From assembly GCA_963719315.1 (NCBI GenBank), contig CAVRBU010000002.1:1664001-1728000 (forward strand): a stretch of DNA of 64,000 nt, given 5' to 3'. The DNA is from an uncultured Planctomycetota bacterium (GTDB lineage Bacteria; Planctomycetota; Planctomycetia; Pirellulales; Lacipirellulaceae). A model generated the notes under the pieces. It searched no databases, had not been told where the DNA came from, and saw only the letters and a list, made by a program, of their open reading frames with translations. The position numbers were made by a program, and so were the translations under genes. This document shows positions 17,868-27,982 of this stretch, piece after piece (positions within the stretch are counted from its first letter, which is position 1; every line of letters starts with the position of its first letter).

Positions 17868-19208
17868 CTACGCTTCGTCGTAGGTGTAGGGCTTGCGCAT
17901 TTCGCGGGTGAGCATTTTTTCTGCTTCGGGGTCGTTCTTGAACTGTTCGGCCACGGGATCCCATTCGATTTTGCGGCCGAGGCGAATTGCCATGGTGCCC
18001 AGGTGGCAGAGCGAAGCGGAGCGATGGCCGATTTCGGCCGCGCAGATCGGGGCCTCTCGCGATTTGATGCATGCGAAGAAGTTGCCCATGTGGTCGTCGC
18101 TGGCGTAGAGACGGGTGGCGTTGGCGGGGAGGGGCTGTTCGATCAGGGTGGGGTCGCTGGCTTCGAGCGTGTCGCCGCGGGAGACGAAGATCCAGCCTGC
18201 GGGGCCTTCGAACTGCACGCCGTGATACTTCTCTCCCTCTTTCGGTTTGCCGACGATCGCGCCTGCCCAGCCGTTGGCGGAGGTCGTTACGCAATGATGC
18301 TCGACGCCATCGTCGTATACGAACTTCACGCGATATTGGCTGGGGGCCGTGTAGCCGCCGGGAATGGTTTTGATGAGCGGCTCGCCTTCGGCCGATATCG
18401 GGCCGCTGCCATCGCGACCGAGGCCCCAGAGGGCGATATCGTTGTGATGGGCACCCCAGTCGGTCATGGTGCCGCCGCTGTAATCCCACCAATAGCGGAA
18501 CATCCGATGGCATCTTTCGGGCACGTAGGCAACATCGGGCGTTTGACCCTGCCAGAAATCCCAGTTCAATTCTTTCGGAACCGGCTTGGTTGCGAACGGT
18601 CCGCCGCTGACGCCGGTGGGCACCCAAACGCGAACGCGCTCGACTTTGCCGATTCGGCCGTTGCGGACGAGTTCGCAGGCGAGGCGGAATGATTTGTCGC
18701 TCCGCTGTTGGCTGCCGGTTTGCAGGATGCGTCCAGACTTTTTGACGGCGGCGACGACGTGCTTGCCTTCGTCGATCGTGAGCGTGAGAGGCTTTTCGCT
18801 GTAGACATCTTTGCCGCTGCGGATCGCGCGGAGATTGACGAGCGTGTGCCAATGGTCTGGCGTGGCGTTGATGACGACATCGACGCCGGGCAGGTCGCAG
18901 ACTTCGCGGTAGTCGCTGAACTTATGGGCCTTGCGATATTTGGAGTGAATTTTATCGAGGTGGGACGCGTCGACGTTGCAGACGGCCACGATGTCGCCGA
19001 ACCTCGTTGCATTGGCGGCGTCGCCGGTGCCCATTCCGCCGCAACCGATCAGTGCAATTCGTGGTCGCTCGTTGGGCGATTTTTCGGCGACGGCAGCGGC
19101 CGGGCAACTTTCGAGATACCAACCTGGCAGCGATGCGGCGGCTGTGGCGGAGATACCCAGCTTGAGCGCATTGCGCCGGGTCCAAGGCCTGGTATCAGCG
19201 TGGTCCAT
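17868..19208 (-). CDS. Gfo/Idh/MocA oxidoreductase with Tat signal
   Basis: TRRNALK, IGCGGMG, TPDHWH, EKPL, DWGAHHND. Confidence 0.93.
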   Translation of the reverse strand: MDHADTRPWTRRNALKLGISATAAASLPGWYLESCPAAAVAEKSPNERPRIALIGCGGMGTGDAANATRFGDIVAVCNVDASHLDKIHSKYRKAHKFSDYREVCDLPGVDVVINATPDHWHTLVNLRAIRSGKDVYSEKPLTLTIDEGKHVVAAVKKSGRILQTGSQQRSDKSFRLACELVRNGRIGKVERVRVWVPTGVSGGPFATKPVPKELNWDFWQGQTPDVAYVPERCHRMFRYWWDYSGGTMTDWGAHHNDIALWGLGRDGSGPISAEGEPLIKTIPGGYTAPSQYRVKFVYDDGVEHHCVTTSANGWAGAIVGKPKEGEKYHGVQFEGPAGWIFVSRGDTLEASDPTLIEQPLPANATRLYASDDHMGNFFACIKSREAPICAAEIGHRSASLCHLGTMAIRLGRKIEWDPVAEQFKNDPEAEKMLTREMRKPYTYDEA

Positions 19209-19324
19209 AGATTTTGCCTGCTTGCAGAGGATTGAAGATACGAATGCACTGCGACTGAAGCCGCATTTTACTCGCGGCTGGTGAGTCTCGCGAGCTAATT
19301 GGAGCGAGCGCCTGGGCCGGATTT

Positions 19325-19462
19325 GTAGGATGGGTCGAGTTGCGAGACCCACCACGAATCTCGCACGAGCGGTGGGTCTCGCGGACTCGACCCACCCTAC
19401 CACTGGAACGAATCGTAAGGTCGCAGAGCGGGTTGAGGTCCCGCTCGGCAAGCGGGATCTAC
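19325..19462. repeat. REP doublet plus a single REP
   Basis: GTAGGATGGGTCGAG...CTCGACCCACCCTAC (19325-19400); AGGTCCCGCTCGGCAAGCGGGATCTAC (19436-19462). Confidence 0.85.
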
Positions 19463-19520
19463 TAGCGCCGGGGCATTATGGCCATACGAGGAGTTAACTC
19501 ACGACTTGTGCTGCAATGAA

Positions 19521-20465
19521 CTAGCGGCGGCGCCGCCGCGATACGGCAAGCCCGCAGAAACCCATAGCCAGCAAAAGCGATGTGGCGGGCTCAGGCACAC
19601 CTTTGACCGACATCGTGAAATCGTCGAGCGCCCACACCTTGTAGTTGCTCACACCAGGAGCGCTCAAGAAGCGCAGTTCCGCAAAGTCGTTCATCGCGTT
19701 GATCAGCGGAGCATTGACTACCAGCGGCGTGAGCGTTGCACTCTCGAAGACATCGATCGAGACGGTTTGCAGATTCAAATCGAGCATGATGTCCCAGCGG
19801 TGGTAAGTACTCGTGCCGACCGAAACGGCAGACTGGACCCAACTGCCGACGTTGGTGGCGGCGTAGTCGGTCGTCGTGCCCGGTTGAATGCCGCCGACCG
19901 CGAAACCGAGATTGCCGCTGCTGTCGTAGAACGAAATCGTGTTGGCGATGGTGCCCGGGCCGAGCCCACCGCCTTCACCGCTGCCGGGAATCCAAGAGCA
20001 CGACCAGAAGGAGATGTTGAGCATATCGCCGCCGGTGGTGGCGGGATTGACTCCGCCCAGGTCGTAGCTGTCGACGGTGTACGAGTACTCTTGTGAACCA
20101 GCCCCCCAGCCGTCGGAGTTGGTGGTGATCACCAGCGCCTGGTCGAGATTCGGGTAACCGGGGTTGGTACGGTCGTAGTACTGGTGACCGGTGGCGTAGG
20201 CCAAGTTGCCGGTGGCGCCGGTCGCGGGAACCAAGGGGCCTTGGAGTTTCTTCCAAAGTCCCGTATTCGGGGTGATCGCCGTGTACGCTCCGCCACCCGC
20301 GTTCGCCCCATATTGGCCGGCGTTGAAGGTGGCTACGTCGTTGAGGAACGAGGCGTAGCCATCGGCCGGCTCGAAGCCGCCCAAGTATGCGTAAGCGTTG
20401 CCAACGAAAGTCAGGGAAAGGGCTAGGACGAACAGAACTGAGAAGAATAGTGCATGAGCTTTCAT
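19521..20465 (-). CDS. PEP-CTERM surface protein
   Basis: Signal peptide ending AYA; VPEP, TM helix, RRRR. Confidence 0.9.
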   Translation of the reverse strand: MKAHALFFSVLFVLALSLTFVGNAYAYLGGFEPADGYASFLNDVATFNAGQYGANAGGGAYTAITPNTGLWKKLQGPLVPATGATGNLAYATGHQYYDRTNPGYPNLDQALVITTNSDGWGAGSQEYSYTVDSYDLGGVNPATTGGDMLNISFWSCSWIPGSGEGGGLGPGTIANTISFYDSSGNLGFAVGGIQPGTTTDYAATNVGSWVQSAVSVGTSTYHRWDIMLDLNLQTVSIDVFESATLTPLVVNAPLINAMNDFAELRFLSAPGVSNYKVWALDDFTMSVKGVPEPATSLLLAMGFCGLAVSRRRRR

Positions 20466-20599
20466 GAGCCGAACCTTTCAAGATGTAAAGTGGTGATCAA
20501 GTGGTATTTCGGAGTCAGCGATGGTCCATCTCTCTTCGGGCATGTTGGTGAGGAGGACCATTCGTAGCAAGAATTCGCAATGGGACCTTTTTCAGGCGA

Positions 20600-21706
20600 T
20601 CACTTTCTTCGCCGCCGAGTTAACCAGGCGGTGGAAACGGCGGTCGCCAGGAGCAGGATCGAGGAAGGCTCGGGGACGTTGGGGACGCGGAACCGGAAGT
20701 CGTCGAAGAAGTTCTTGCCGCCGGTGCCGCCGAGTACCTGGTCGGTGAGCCACCAGCGGAGGTGCGAGAGATTCGTCATCGCCGCACCGAGGGGCGCGCC
20801 GGCGGGGACGATCGTCGTCGTGATGTTGGGGACGATCTGGTGGTAACTGATGCCGAACGTGTCGGCGCCAAGATCGATGCTGACGGAGAATTGATCCCAG
20901 TTCGTGGAATCGGCGATGATCCCGGGGTAGGTCCACGCGCCCGAGCTGCCGGCGCGCCAGTAGATGCTGTTGTCGCCGGCGTAGCCGATTTGCAGGCCGA
21001 TGTTAGTGCCGTCGCTGAAGGACATGATGAACTTATCGCGGGGAGAAGGACTGGGCGGATCGGACGGGTTGGGGCAGAAGCGGAAGGCGGTGGTTACGAC
21101 GCCGCTGGTGATCGAGGCGGGCGCCGGGCCGCCGAAGTCGTAGGTGTCGAGCAAGTAGTCATATTCCATCGGGCCGCCGATCGGAGGTCCAAACAGCGGA
21201 GTTTCGTTGCGGAGGGCAAGCGCGTAGGGGCTGAGGTACCCAGGGCTGTGGTGACCGACGATATAGGCCGGGACATCGTCGCCGGAGCCAAACGTAGGAT
21301 AGGGTCCGTAAGGTGGCGCACCGCCGGTGTAGGTGCTGCGTGTCGCGCTATTGCGAAAGTATGCGCCCGCTTGTGTCTGCAACGACCATAAACCGAAGTC
21401 CGGAGCTATGCTTGCCACTCCGCCGCCACCGGCGTTTGCGCCAAATTGTCCGGCGTTGTAATACGTGACATCGGCGTAGAGCGATGGCGGATTCGAACCT
21501 TGAGGGATAGCGCTGAGCGTGTAGCCATCCGCTGGTTCAAAACCGCCGAGATACGCTTGGGCAGGCGCGGCGATCCAAAGCGATGACGCGACTGCGGCGA
21601 GAATCGCCGTTAAGTCTTGCAGCATGGTGCGAATGTTTCTGGGGCGTTGCCCCAGGGGCCTGTGTGAGCGGGAAGAAGATCGGAAATTCATCAATTGTGC
21701 AAACAT
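20600..21706 (-). CDS. PEP-CTERM surface protein, paralog of the previous gene
   Basis: AQA-YLGGFEPADGY; VPEP, TM helix, RRRRK. Start uncertain (21706 or 21625). Confidence 0.88.
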   Translation of the reverse strand: MFAQLMNFRSSSRSHRPLGQRPRNIRTMLQDLTAILAAVASSLWIAAPAQAYLGGFEPADGYTLSAIPQGSNPPSLYADVTYYNAGQFGANAGGGGVASIAPDFGLWSLQTQAGAYFRNSATRSTYTGGAPPYGPYPTFGSGDDVPAYIVGHHSPGYLSPYALALRNETPLFGPPIGGPMEYDYLLDTYDFGGPAPASITSGVVTTAFRFCPNPSDPPSPSPRDKFIMSFSDGTNIGLQIGYAGDNSIYWRAGSSGAWTYPGIIADSTNWDQFSVSIDLGADTFGISYHQIVPNITTTIVPAGAPLGAAMTNLSHLRWWLTDQVLGGTGGKNFFDDFRFRVPNVPEPSSILLLATAVSTAWLTRRRRK

Positions 21707-22024
21707 GAGCTAGCTCCTTTTTCGGGGAAATGGAACGGTGAAAAACGGAACTGCAGCAGATGCTCGCGTGGGCTTGAGGGCCGTGCACATTCAACAGTCG
21801 CTAAGCCGCAAGCGGCAAATGCAACGAATGATGCGTCGGCAGACTGGGGAATTAACCCAGGCGAGAAGTCGGCTGCAGAGTACTTCGGATGTCAGAGTTG
21901 CGTCGTTACTGAAGCGAAATCAGTTGCCGCGACGCAAATTCGAAGTCATTCAATACTGAAAGCAGCCGTTGGAAATACCAGGAAAAATGCAGCCGACCGC
22001 GGAGCGGTGGACACGCTATGCGAC

Positions 22025-22053
22025 ATACTAACGCGGCTAATTGGTGATTGCAA
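22025..22053 (-). promoter_or_regulatory. Sigma70-like promoter for the PEP-CTERM pair
   Basis: TTGCAA-17-TAGTAT on the minus strand. Confidence 0.55.
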
Positions 22054-22496
22054 GCAATTTCCGGAAAGATTTTTTTGGAAGAATGTTAGCGGTGGATTTG
22101 TTGGCACCGAGGGGGTTTTCGAGGTGGGCGGGCCGCAGGTGTGACGCGATGAGAGCATTGCCGGGCCAGCCAGCAATGGCACGAGCCGTCGCGCAATGCG
22201 GTGCTATCTCGGCCTGAAAGAAGCACTGCATGCAGGCATTTCGGGCCGAAAGTGTGGGGCGGGGCGTTAAACGGGCCAGAATCGTCAAAGTTTAACGATT
22301 GGGCCGACGATATCAGTTTTGCTGATTGCTTGGACTCCGGGCTCGCCGTGCGCGGTGGGTTTCGGTCGAGCGACGGCCCGGGGGGAAACGGGTCGAAGTG
22401 CGGTTCGCGATCTGCTTCGCGATCCGCCACCCATCGAGCCTTGCAAGGGTGCGGGCGCGAGGGGGTACGTTCGCCGCTAGGTCAGGAAGCAACAGC

Positions 22497-24833
22497 ATGA
22501 ACCGGCACACTCGCAAATACTGGTCGCTGGCGCTGATTGCGTCGATGCTCGCCTCTGGGTGCGCTCCGCAACAGCCCTTCTATGCCCGCGAAGACGGAGA
22601 CTTATCCCATTACTTGGGCGTCGCGACGCAGATCGAGTATCCGGACACGGCAGAATCGCCGACGTGCGAGGTGACGAACACGTTGCCGCCGTTGACGCTC
22701 AAGAACGCCGACAATTACGAAATCTGGGACCTGTCGCTCAACGAGGCGGTGCAGATCACCTTGTGCCGCAGCCAGGTGATGCGGCAATTGGGCGGGCGGG
22801 TTGTTTCGACCGCGCCGGAAACAATTTCGCGGACGATCGTCAGCCCCGTGGCCGTGACGACCACGTATGACGCGGCCCTCGTGGAAACGACGACCGGTCT
22901 GTCCGTGGGCGATCCGTTCAATGGCTCGGGCACCGAAGCAGCACTCAGCGAATTCGACGCACAGCTCGATGCGAGCGTATTCTGGGAAAAGAATCGCGAG
23001 CCGCAAAATCGGGCGCCGAGCGTGGGAAATTTATTCCCGCAGATCCTCTCTCAGGACCTGGGCACGGGGACGATTGGTATCACGAAAACGTCGGCCGAAG
23101 GTACGACCTGGGCCATTCGTAACAACACCAACTACCAGGCGAACAACGTACCATCGCTGTTCCCAGGTCCGGCACCGGGTGGGGCAAGCCAGTTATTCGC
23201 GTCGAGTTGGCAAACGAACGTTGAAGCAACTTTCAGTCATCCCTTCTTTCAAGGCAGCGGGACCCAATACAACCGGATCGCAGGCCCGATCTCATTTGAC
23301 CAGTACGCGGCCGGCCTGGGCAACCCGATCGACGGCGTAATGATCGCCCGCATTCGCACGGACGAAACACTCACCGATTTCGAAGGCGGCGTGCGGAACT
23401 TGATGCACGACGTGGAAGACGCCTATTGGGAGCTGTACTTCGCGTATCGCGATTTGGAAGCTCGCAAGATGGGTCGCGACAGCGCGCTGGAAACGTGGAA
23501 AAAAACGGTTGCGCTGTATCGCACGGGTTCGCGTGGCGGCGGCGCCGACAAGGAAGCCCAGGCCCGCTCGCAATACTTCTTGTTTCGCTCGCAGGTCGAG
23601 CAGGCGCTCACCGAAGTGTTCCGCGACGAGAACCGGCTGCGGTATATCATGGGCTTGTCGATGTCGGACGGGAAGCTGATTCGGCCGAGCGACGAGCCGA
23701 CGACGGCCCGCGTAGCGTTCGATTGGGCCGGCATTCATTGCGAAGCGCTTACGCGACGGGTGGAAATTCGCCGCGAGAAGTGGGAAATCAAACGACGTGA
23801 ATTGGAATTGATCGCCGCCCGGAATTTCCTGTTGCCGCGTATCGACGCCGTCGGCCGCTATCGCTGGCTGGGGTTGGGCGACGAGTTGATCAATCAGAAT
23901 CACAAGGATTTCACCGAGCAGAACTCCTCGGCGTTCGGCGTGCTCTCCAGCGGTGAGTTTCAGGAGTGGCAGCTCGGGTTGCAGGCGTCGATTCCGATCG
24001 GCTTCCGGCGCGAGCTCTCCGGGGTGCGGCATCATGAATTGCTGTTGGCCCGCGAACGAGCGTTGCTGCAAGATTTGGAACTCGAAATCTCGCACCAGTT
24101 GGGCGACGCCATTCGCGATACGGATCTGAATTTCGGGCTAACGCAAACGAACTTCAACCGTCGCGTGGCCTCGGAGGCCGAAGTGCAAGCGGTCGATGCC
24201 TCCTACCAGAACAACCGTGTGACTCTCGACTTGTTGCTCGATGCCCAGCGACGGCGGAGCGAGGCGGAGAGTGCGTACTATCGGTCGCTGGTCGATTACA
24301 ACCGGTCGATCATGAACGTCCACTATCGCAAGGGTTCGCTGCTCGATTACGACGGCGTGTATCTGGCGGAAGGCGAGTGGCCGGCGAAGGCGTACTTCGA
24401 CGCGCTGCGTCAAGCACGCAAACGGGATGCTGGCTTATACATGGATTACGGCTACACGCGGCCGAACGTCGTGAGCCGTGGGCCGGTGGAGCAAGGTTGT
24501 TCGCCGGGCTGCGAGTCGAGCGGGCCGCAGATGAGCACACCGGGTTCGTCGCCCAATCAGATGATGCCTGAAGGCGGCATGCCGGAGGAGTCACTACCGG
24601 CGCCAGGCGCGAAGCCGATGGGCAGCACGCCGCCGGCGAACACGAGCGGCAGCGTGTGGCGAGAGTTCGGCGACAGGCGGGCGTCTTACGCGCCGGCTCA
24701 AGCCGTAAAAAATTCTGGATTGTGGGCAGGGGCAGAGCTCGGCGAGTTAGGCGAAAGCTGGTGGCGTCGGCTGCCGAACGATCTTTTGCGGTCTGGAAGT
24801 TTCGGGCGAATCCAACGTTCCGCTAGTGCTTGA
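22497..24833 (+). CDS. Planctomycete TolC-family outer-membrane lipoprotein
   Basis: Lipobox LASGC; VEDAYWELYFAY, LLPRIDA, LDLLLDAQRR; Pro-rich tail whose end is uncertain. Confidence 0.85.
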   Translation: MNRHTRKYWSLALIASMLASGCAPQQPFYAREDGDLSHYLGVATQIEYPDTAESPTCEVTNTLPPLTLKNADNYEIWDLSLNEAVQITLCRSQVMRQLGGRVVSTAPETISRTIVSPVAVTTTYDAALVETTTGLSVGDPFNGSGTEAALSEFDAQLDASVFWEKNREPQNRAPSVGNLFPQILSQDLGTGTIGITKTSAEGTTWAIRNNTNYQANNVPSLFPGPAPGGASQLFASSWQTNVEATFSHPFFQGSGTQYNRIAGPISFDQYAAGLGNPIDGVMIARIRTDETLTDFEGGVRNLMHDVEDAYWELYFAYRDLEARKMGRDSALETWKKTVALYRTGSRGGGADKEAQARSQYFLFRSQVEQALTEVFRDENRLRYIMGLSMSDGKLIRPSDEPTTARVAFDWAGIHCEALTRRVEIRREKWEIKRRELELIAARNFLLPRIDAVGRYRWLGLGDELINQNHKDFTEQNSSAFGVLSSGEFQEWQLGLQASIPIGFRRELSGVRHHELLLARERALLQDLELEISHQLGDAIRDTDLNFGLTQTNFNRRVASEAEVQAVDASYQNNRVTLDLLLDAQRRRSEAESAYYRSLVDYNRSIMNVHYRKGSLLDYDGVYLAEGEWPAKAYFDALRQARKRDAGLYMDYGYTRPNVVSRGPVEQGCSPGCESSGPQMSTPGSSPNQMMPEGGMPEESLPAPGAKPMGSTPPANTSGSVWREFGDRRASYAPAQAVKNSGLWAGAELGELGESWWRRLPNDLLRSGSFGRIQRSASA

Positions 24834-25199
24834 TTTTCGGATCAGCCCCAATCTTTCGCTTTCACAGAGCAGCCAGGCTTTCGCAGTGCGCTGAAGAGCA
24901 GGCTCTTTTGACGCGCGTTCTATCGGCCGCTGAGGGCCGGATTTCTCTCCCCTGCCGGGTGGCATTCCCTCGCCGCGGCGCAGGCATGATTCCGCCCGAG
25001 GCACGCTCACCGCCGTGGCGGGAAAGCATGCTGCGCATCCATTCAGCGTGGCGCCACCCGAAAAGCTTGAGAATTACCCATCGTAATGGATTACCAATAA
25101 TTTGACTGCTGAGCGGAATACGGTTATTTTGAACAGTCTGGAATGATTGTTGTTTTGGATAGGTTGGAAGGTGGCTTTGAAACAAGCGAGGGTGGTGGT

Positions 25200-26555
25200 A
25201 TGAAGCGCAACTTGACGACGGTCGTGATTGCAAGCTGGATCATCGGCGGGATTCTGTGCCCTCGGCTCGTCGCACTCGACACCGTGACTTGGAGCGGCGG
25301 CGACGGCCGGTGGGAACAAGCGAAATGGACGAAGAACGGCATACCCAATCAAACCGCTGCGTCCACGATGGGTGACAATACCGGCGGTCGAGGCGGTTTG
25401 GATATCGTCATTGGCGGCGGCGCCCAAGTGGAGTTCGACCATAATGGCGGTAGCACCGTTCTCGGAGACTACAACAAGAATAGTGTCGTAGACGCGGCCG
25501 ACTATGTGCTGTGGCGCAAGGGTGGGCCGCTCGAAAATGATCCGACGACTGGGGTGCAACCGGCTGATTACGATTACTGGCGTTCCCGCTTCGGCATCGC
25601 GGGCTTGGGCGATTTCAAACCGCGGATGGATATCACGCCGGGCGGCAGCTTGACGATCAAGGAAGGCGCCGTATTGACCATGGACTCGCATAGCGACACC
25701 GACGGCCGCTGGGCGCGAATCGGTCTCAGCATGACGATCGATAACGGAACCTGGCGACGCACGTTTTCCGCGCCTTCTGAAAACGCCGGCAGAATCATGT
25801 TCGGCTACTCTAAGGAGCTTTTGCCAAACCAACACATTGATATCAATATCATCAACGGCGGGCGCATCGAAAGTGCTTCCAAGATGGTCTTCGGGGAGGT
25901 CGATTATTTTATTGGCCAAGGCGGTTCCAACAATGGCCACACCGACGGCATCGAAGTCGCCATGACGATCGATGGCGGTACGATCGATCTGACCGACAGT
26001 TATGTTTTGGACTACCCTTTTGGCCTAATCCCCGGCGACCTGGTTTTTGGGTACGAGTATAATCAAGCCGGCTACGATGATAACGGCAACCCGGATCCCG
26101 GAGACCCCGGACATCCCAGGAACGAAAAGTACTCGATCAACTTTACCGGCCCCGGCTCAATTACCGTCAACCCCCAGGATCTTGATCCCGATCCGGATTT
26201 CTACAGTTGGAAGGGCGGCATCAACGTTGTCCAACAACAGTCCGACGGCTCTTACATAGCACTTGGGGGTGCTCCGGATTTATTCACTCCGATCGGCTTC
26301 GAGGATCTCTGGGACCTGGGCATTCTCCAGGCCAACGGCCAGAGTGGTCCCGATTTGGGTTCAGCCGCATTTAGCACCTATTTCTCGACCACGGGTACGA
26401 AGTTTGCCGGACCCTATACGCTCAATTCGTTGATTCCGGCCGGCAGCGGCGCGGGGCTCGGCGGCAACGCTGTCCCGGAACCGGCGGGCCTGATGCTGGT
26501 CATGGTGGGATTTCTTAGCCTTGCGGTTGGCCGTCGCAAGCGGTCAATCCAGTAG
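25200..26555 (+). CDS. PEP-CTERM protein with an internal dockerin-like motif
   Basis: GDYNKNSVVDAADYVLWRKG...DYDYWRSRFG; VPEP, TM helix, RRKR. Confidence 0.88.
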   Translation: MKRNLTTVVIASWIIGGILCPRLVALDTVTWSGGDGRWEQAKWTKNGIPNQTAASTMGDNTGGRGGLDIVIGGGAQVEFDHNGGSTVLGDYNKNSVVDAADYVLWRKGGPLENDPTTGVQPADYDYWRSRFGIAGLGDFKPRMDITPGGSLTIKEGAVLTMDSHSDTDGRWARIGLSMTIDNGTWRRTFSAPSENAGRIMFGYSKELLPNQHIDINIINGGRIESASKMVFGEVDYFIGQGGSNNGHTDGIEVAMTIDGGTIDLTDSYVLDYPFGLIPGDLVFGYEYNQAGYDDNGNPDPGDPGHPRNEKYSINFTGPGSITVNPQDLDPDPDFYSWKGGINVVQQQSDGSYIALGGAPDLFTPIGFEDLWDLGILQANGQSGPDLGSAAFSTYFSTTGTKFAGPYTLNSLIPAGSGAGLGGNAVPEPAGLMLVMVGFLSLAVGRRKRSIQ

Positions 26556-26643
26556 TTGTCAATGGGATTCGCGACTTGCTTCCTGCGCACGGCCGGTCTT
26601 GAATGTCATTCTGGAAGTGTTTGCAAAAAACGCAGTCTTTTTC

Positions 26644-26671
26644 TTGACAGTCCATGCCCGTCTGTTAGGAT
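26644..26671 (+). promoter_or_regulatory. Sigma70-like promoter
   Basis: TTGACA-16-TAGGAT; GGAGG RBS before 26796. Confidence 0.55.
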
Positions 26672-26795
26672 GAACGGCATCGGCCGGCGGTGACTTCGTT
26701 CATGTCTGCCCGGCCTCACCGAACGAGCCGGTGGTTCGATTGATTGCCGTCGACTGATCAGACAGTACGATTATTACTTTTTTGGAGGTCGTCTA

Positions 26796-27689
26796 ATGAA
26801 GTGCATCATGAGAGTTGCATCTTGCAGCATCGCGCTAGTGGCTTTCGCAGTCTTTTCGATTCGCGACGCAGCCGCGACTCAAATCACACTGAATTTCGTC
26901 CAATCATCAAGTGCCTTGACCTGGGGTGGTTTCTTCGGCGGCCAGCCGTTCATTCCCCAGACGACTGCACCGGCAGGCACAGTGGACTATAATCTGGCCC
27001 TCCCATCAAACACGACGACCCATCAGGGTACGATTACGGTAGACGTCGATAATTTGCTGTCGCCAGCCAGCATTCAGATACTCTCCTCGAACGCCGACTC
27101 CGATCTTAGCGGCAAGTGGCTTCCCACCCCACAGAATTATTTGGATGTAGATGGTGATGGCAATTTCGGAGAGTTTCCCGACGACGCGGAATCTTCTGTC
27201 GGCACAGTGCCAGGGCCGCCTGCCGATGCCGATTTCGCTATTCGGATTAATCCCGGGGTAAACGTCGCCTATGCGGCGCTGCGAGACATTGCGTTCAACA
27301 TCACCACGCTTCCTGGCGTGCCCGTCAATGGGCTGGGAGAATTCAGTTCCACAACGGAAAACTTCGATCTCACCAGTGGATGGTGGGACTATTGGTTGCA
27401 TCCGACCTTTGCCAATCCAAAGATCCGTCAGAGACTCCAGGTGGCCGGCGACGACGAAAACAATAGTTCAGCGACTCCTTCAACGTATGTGGCGGTACCG
27501 CTGGGTGGAAGCACTTACCAAATCACGCTTACCATTCCCGTTAACCTTCAATACCCGGACGACACCGCGCCAACTTTCTACACCGGTACACTTGTGGCGA
27601 CGCTCACCATTCCCGAGCCGGCCAGCTTCGTGCTGCTCGGGCTGGGCGGCATGTTGGTGAGCCTCGTTGGGGTTCGTCGTCGCGCATAG
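26796..27689 (+). CDS. PEP-CTERM surface protein
   Basis: Signal peptide; DVDGDG Ca-loop-like motif; IPEP, TM helix, RRR. Confidence 0.9.
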   Translation: MKCIMRVASCSIALVAFAVFSIRDAAATQITLNFVQSSSALTWGGFFGGQPFIPQTTAPAGTVDYNLALPSNTTTHQGTITVDVDNLLSPASIQILSSNADSDLSGKWLPTPQNYLDVDGDGNFGEFPDDAESSVGTVPGPPADADFAIRINPGVNVAYAALRDIAFNITTLPGVPVNGLGEFSSTTENFDLTSGWWDYWLHPTFANPKIRQRLQVAGDDENNSSATPSTYVAVPLGGSTYQITLTIPVNLQYPDDTAPTFYTGTLVATLTIPEPASFVLLGLGGMLVSLVGVRRRA

Positions 27690-27982
27690 ACGCCCGTCGA
27701 CTACAGTTCGGAATGACTAGATTTCGTGGGAGCCGCTGGTAGCGTGAGGTCACGCCGCTAGCGGCTCGCTGTATGCGCCGGCGGCGCCTCGCGACCCACG
27801 GTTCGCGACACGATTGTGGGTAGCCTCGGCCCAATCCCGTTGGGATTGCACCATTCGGCCCAGCGGCATCGCTCAATCCCGTTGGGAATCGCGCGAGTGA
27901 TTCGGGCCCAAGGCACGCTGGTGGTCCTGCTCCACAAGCCGCCAGAACGTCTGCCCGACCGATGCTGGATCGCTGCCGCGAC

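Noticed and set aside
22177..22195. Sigma-54 promoter upstream of the TolC gene
   Set aside because: TGGCACG is present but there is no correctly spaced TTGC -12 element.
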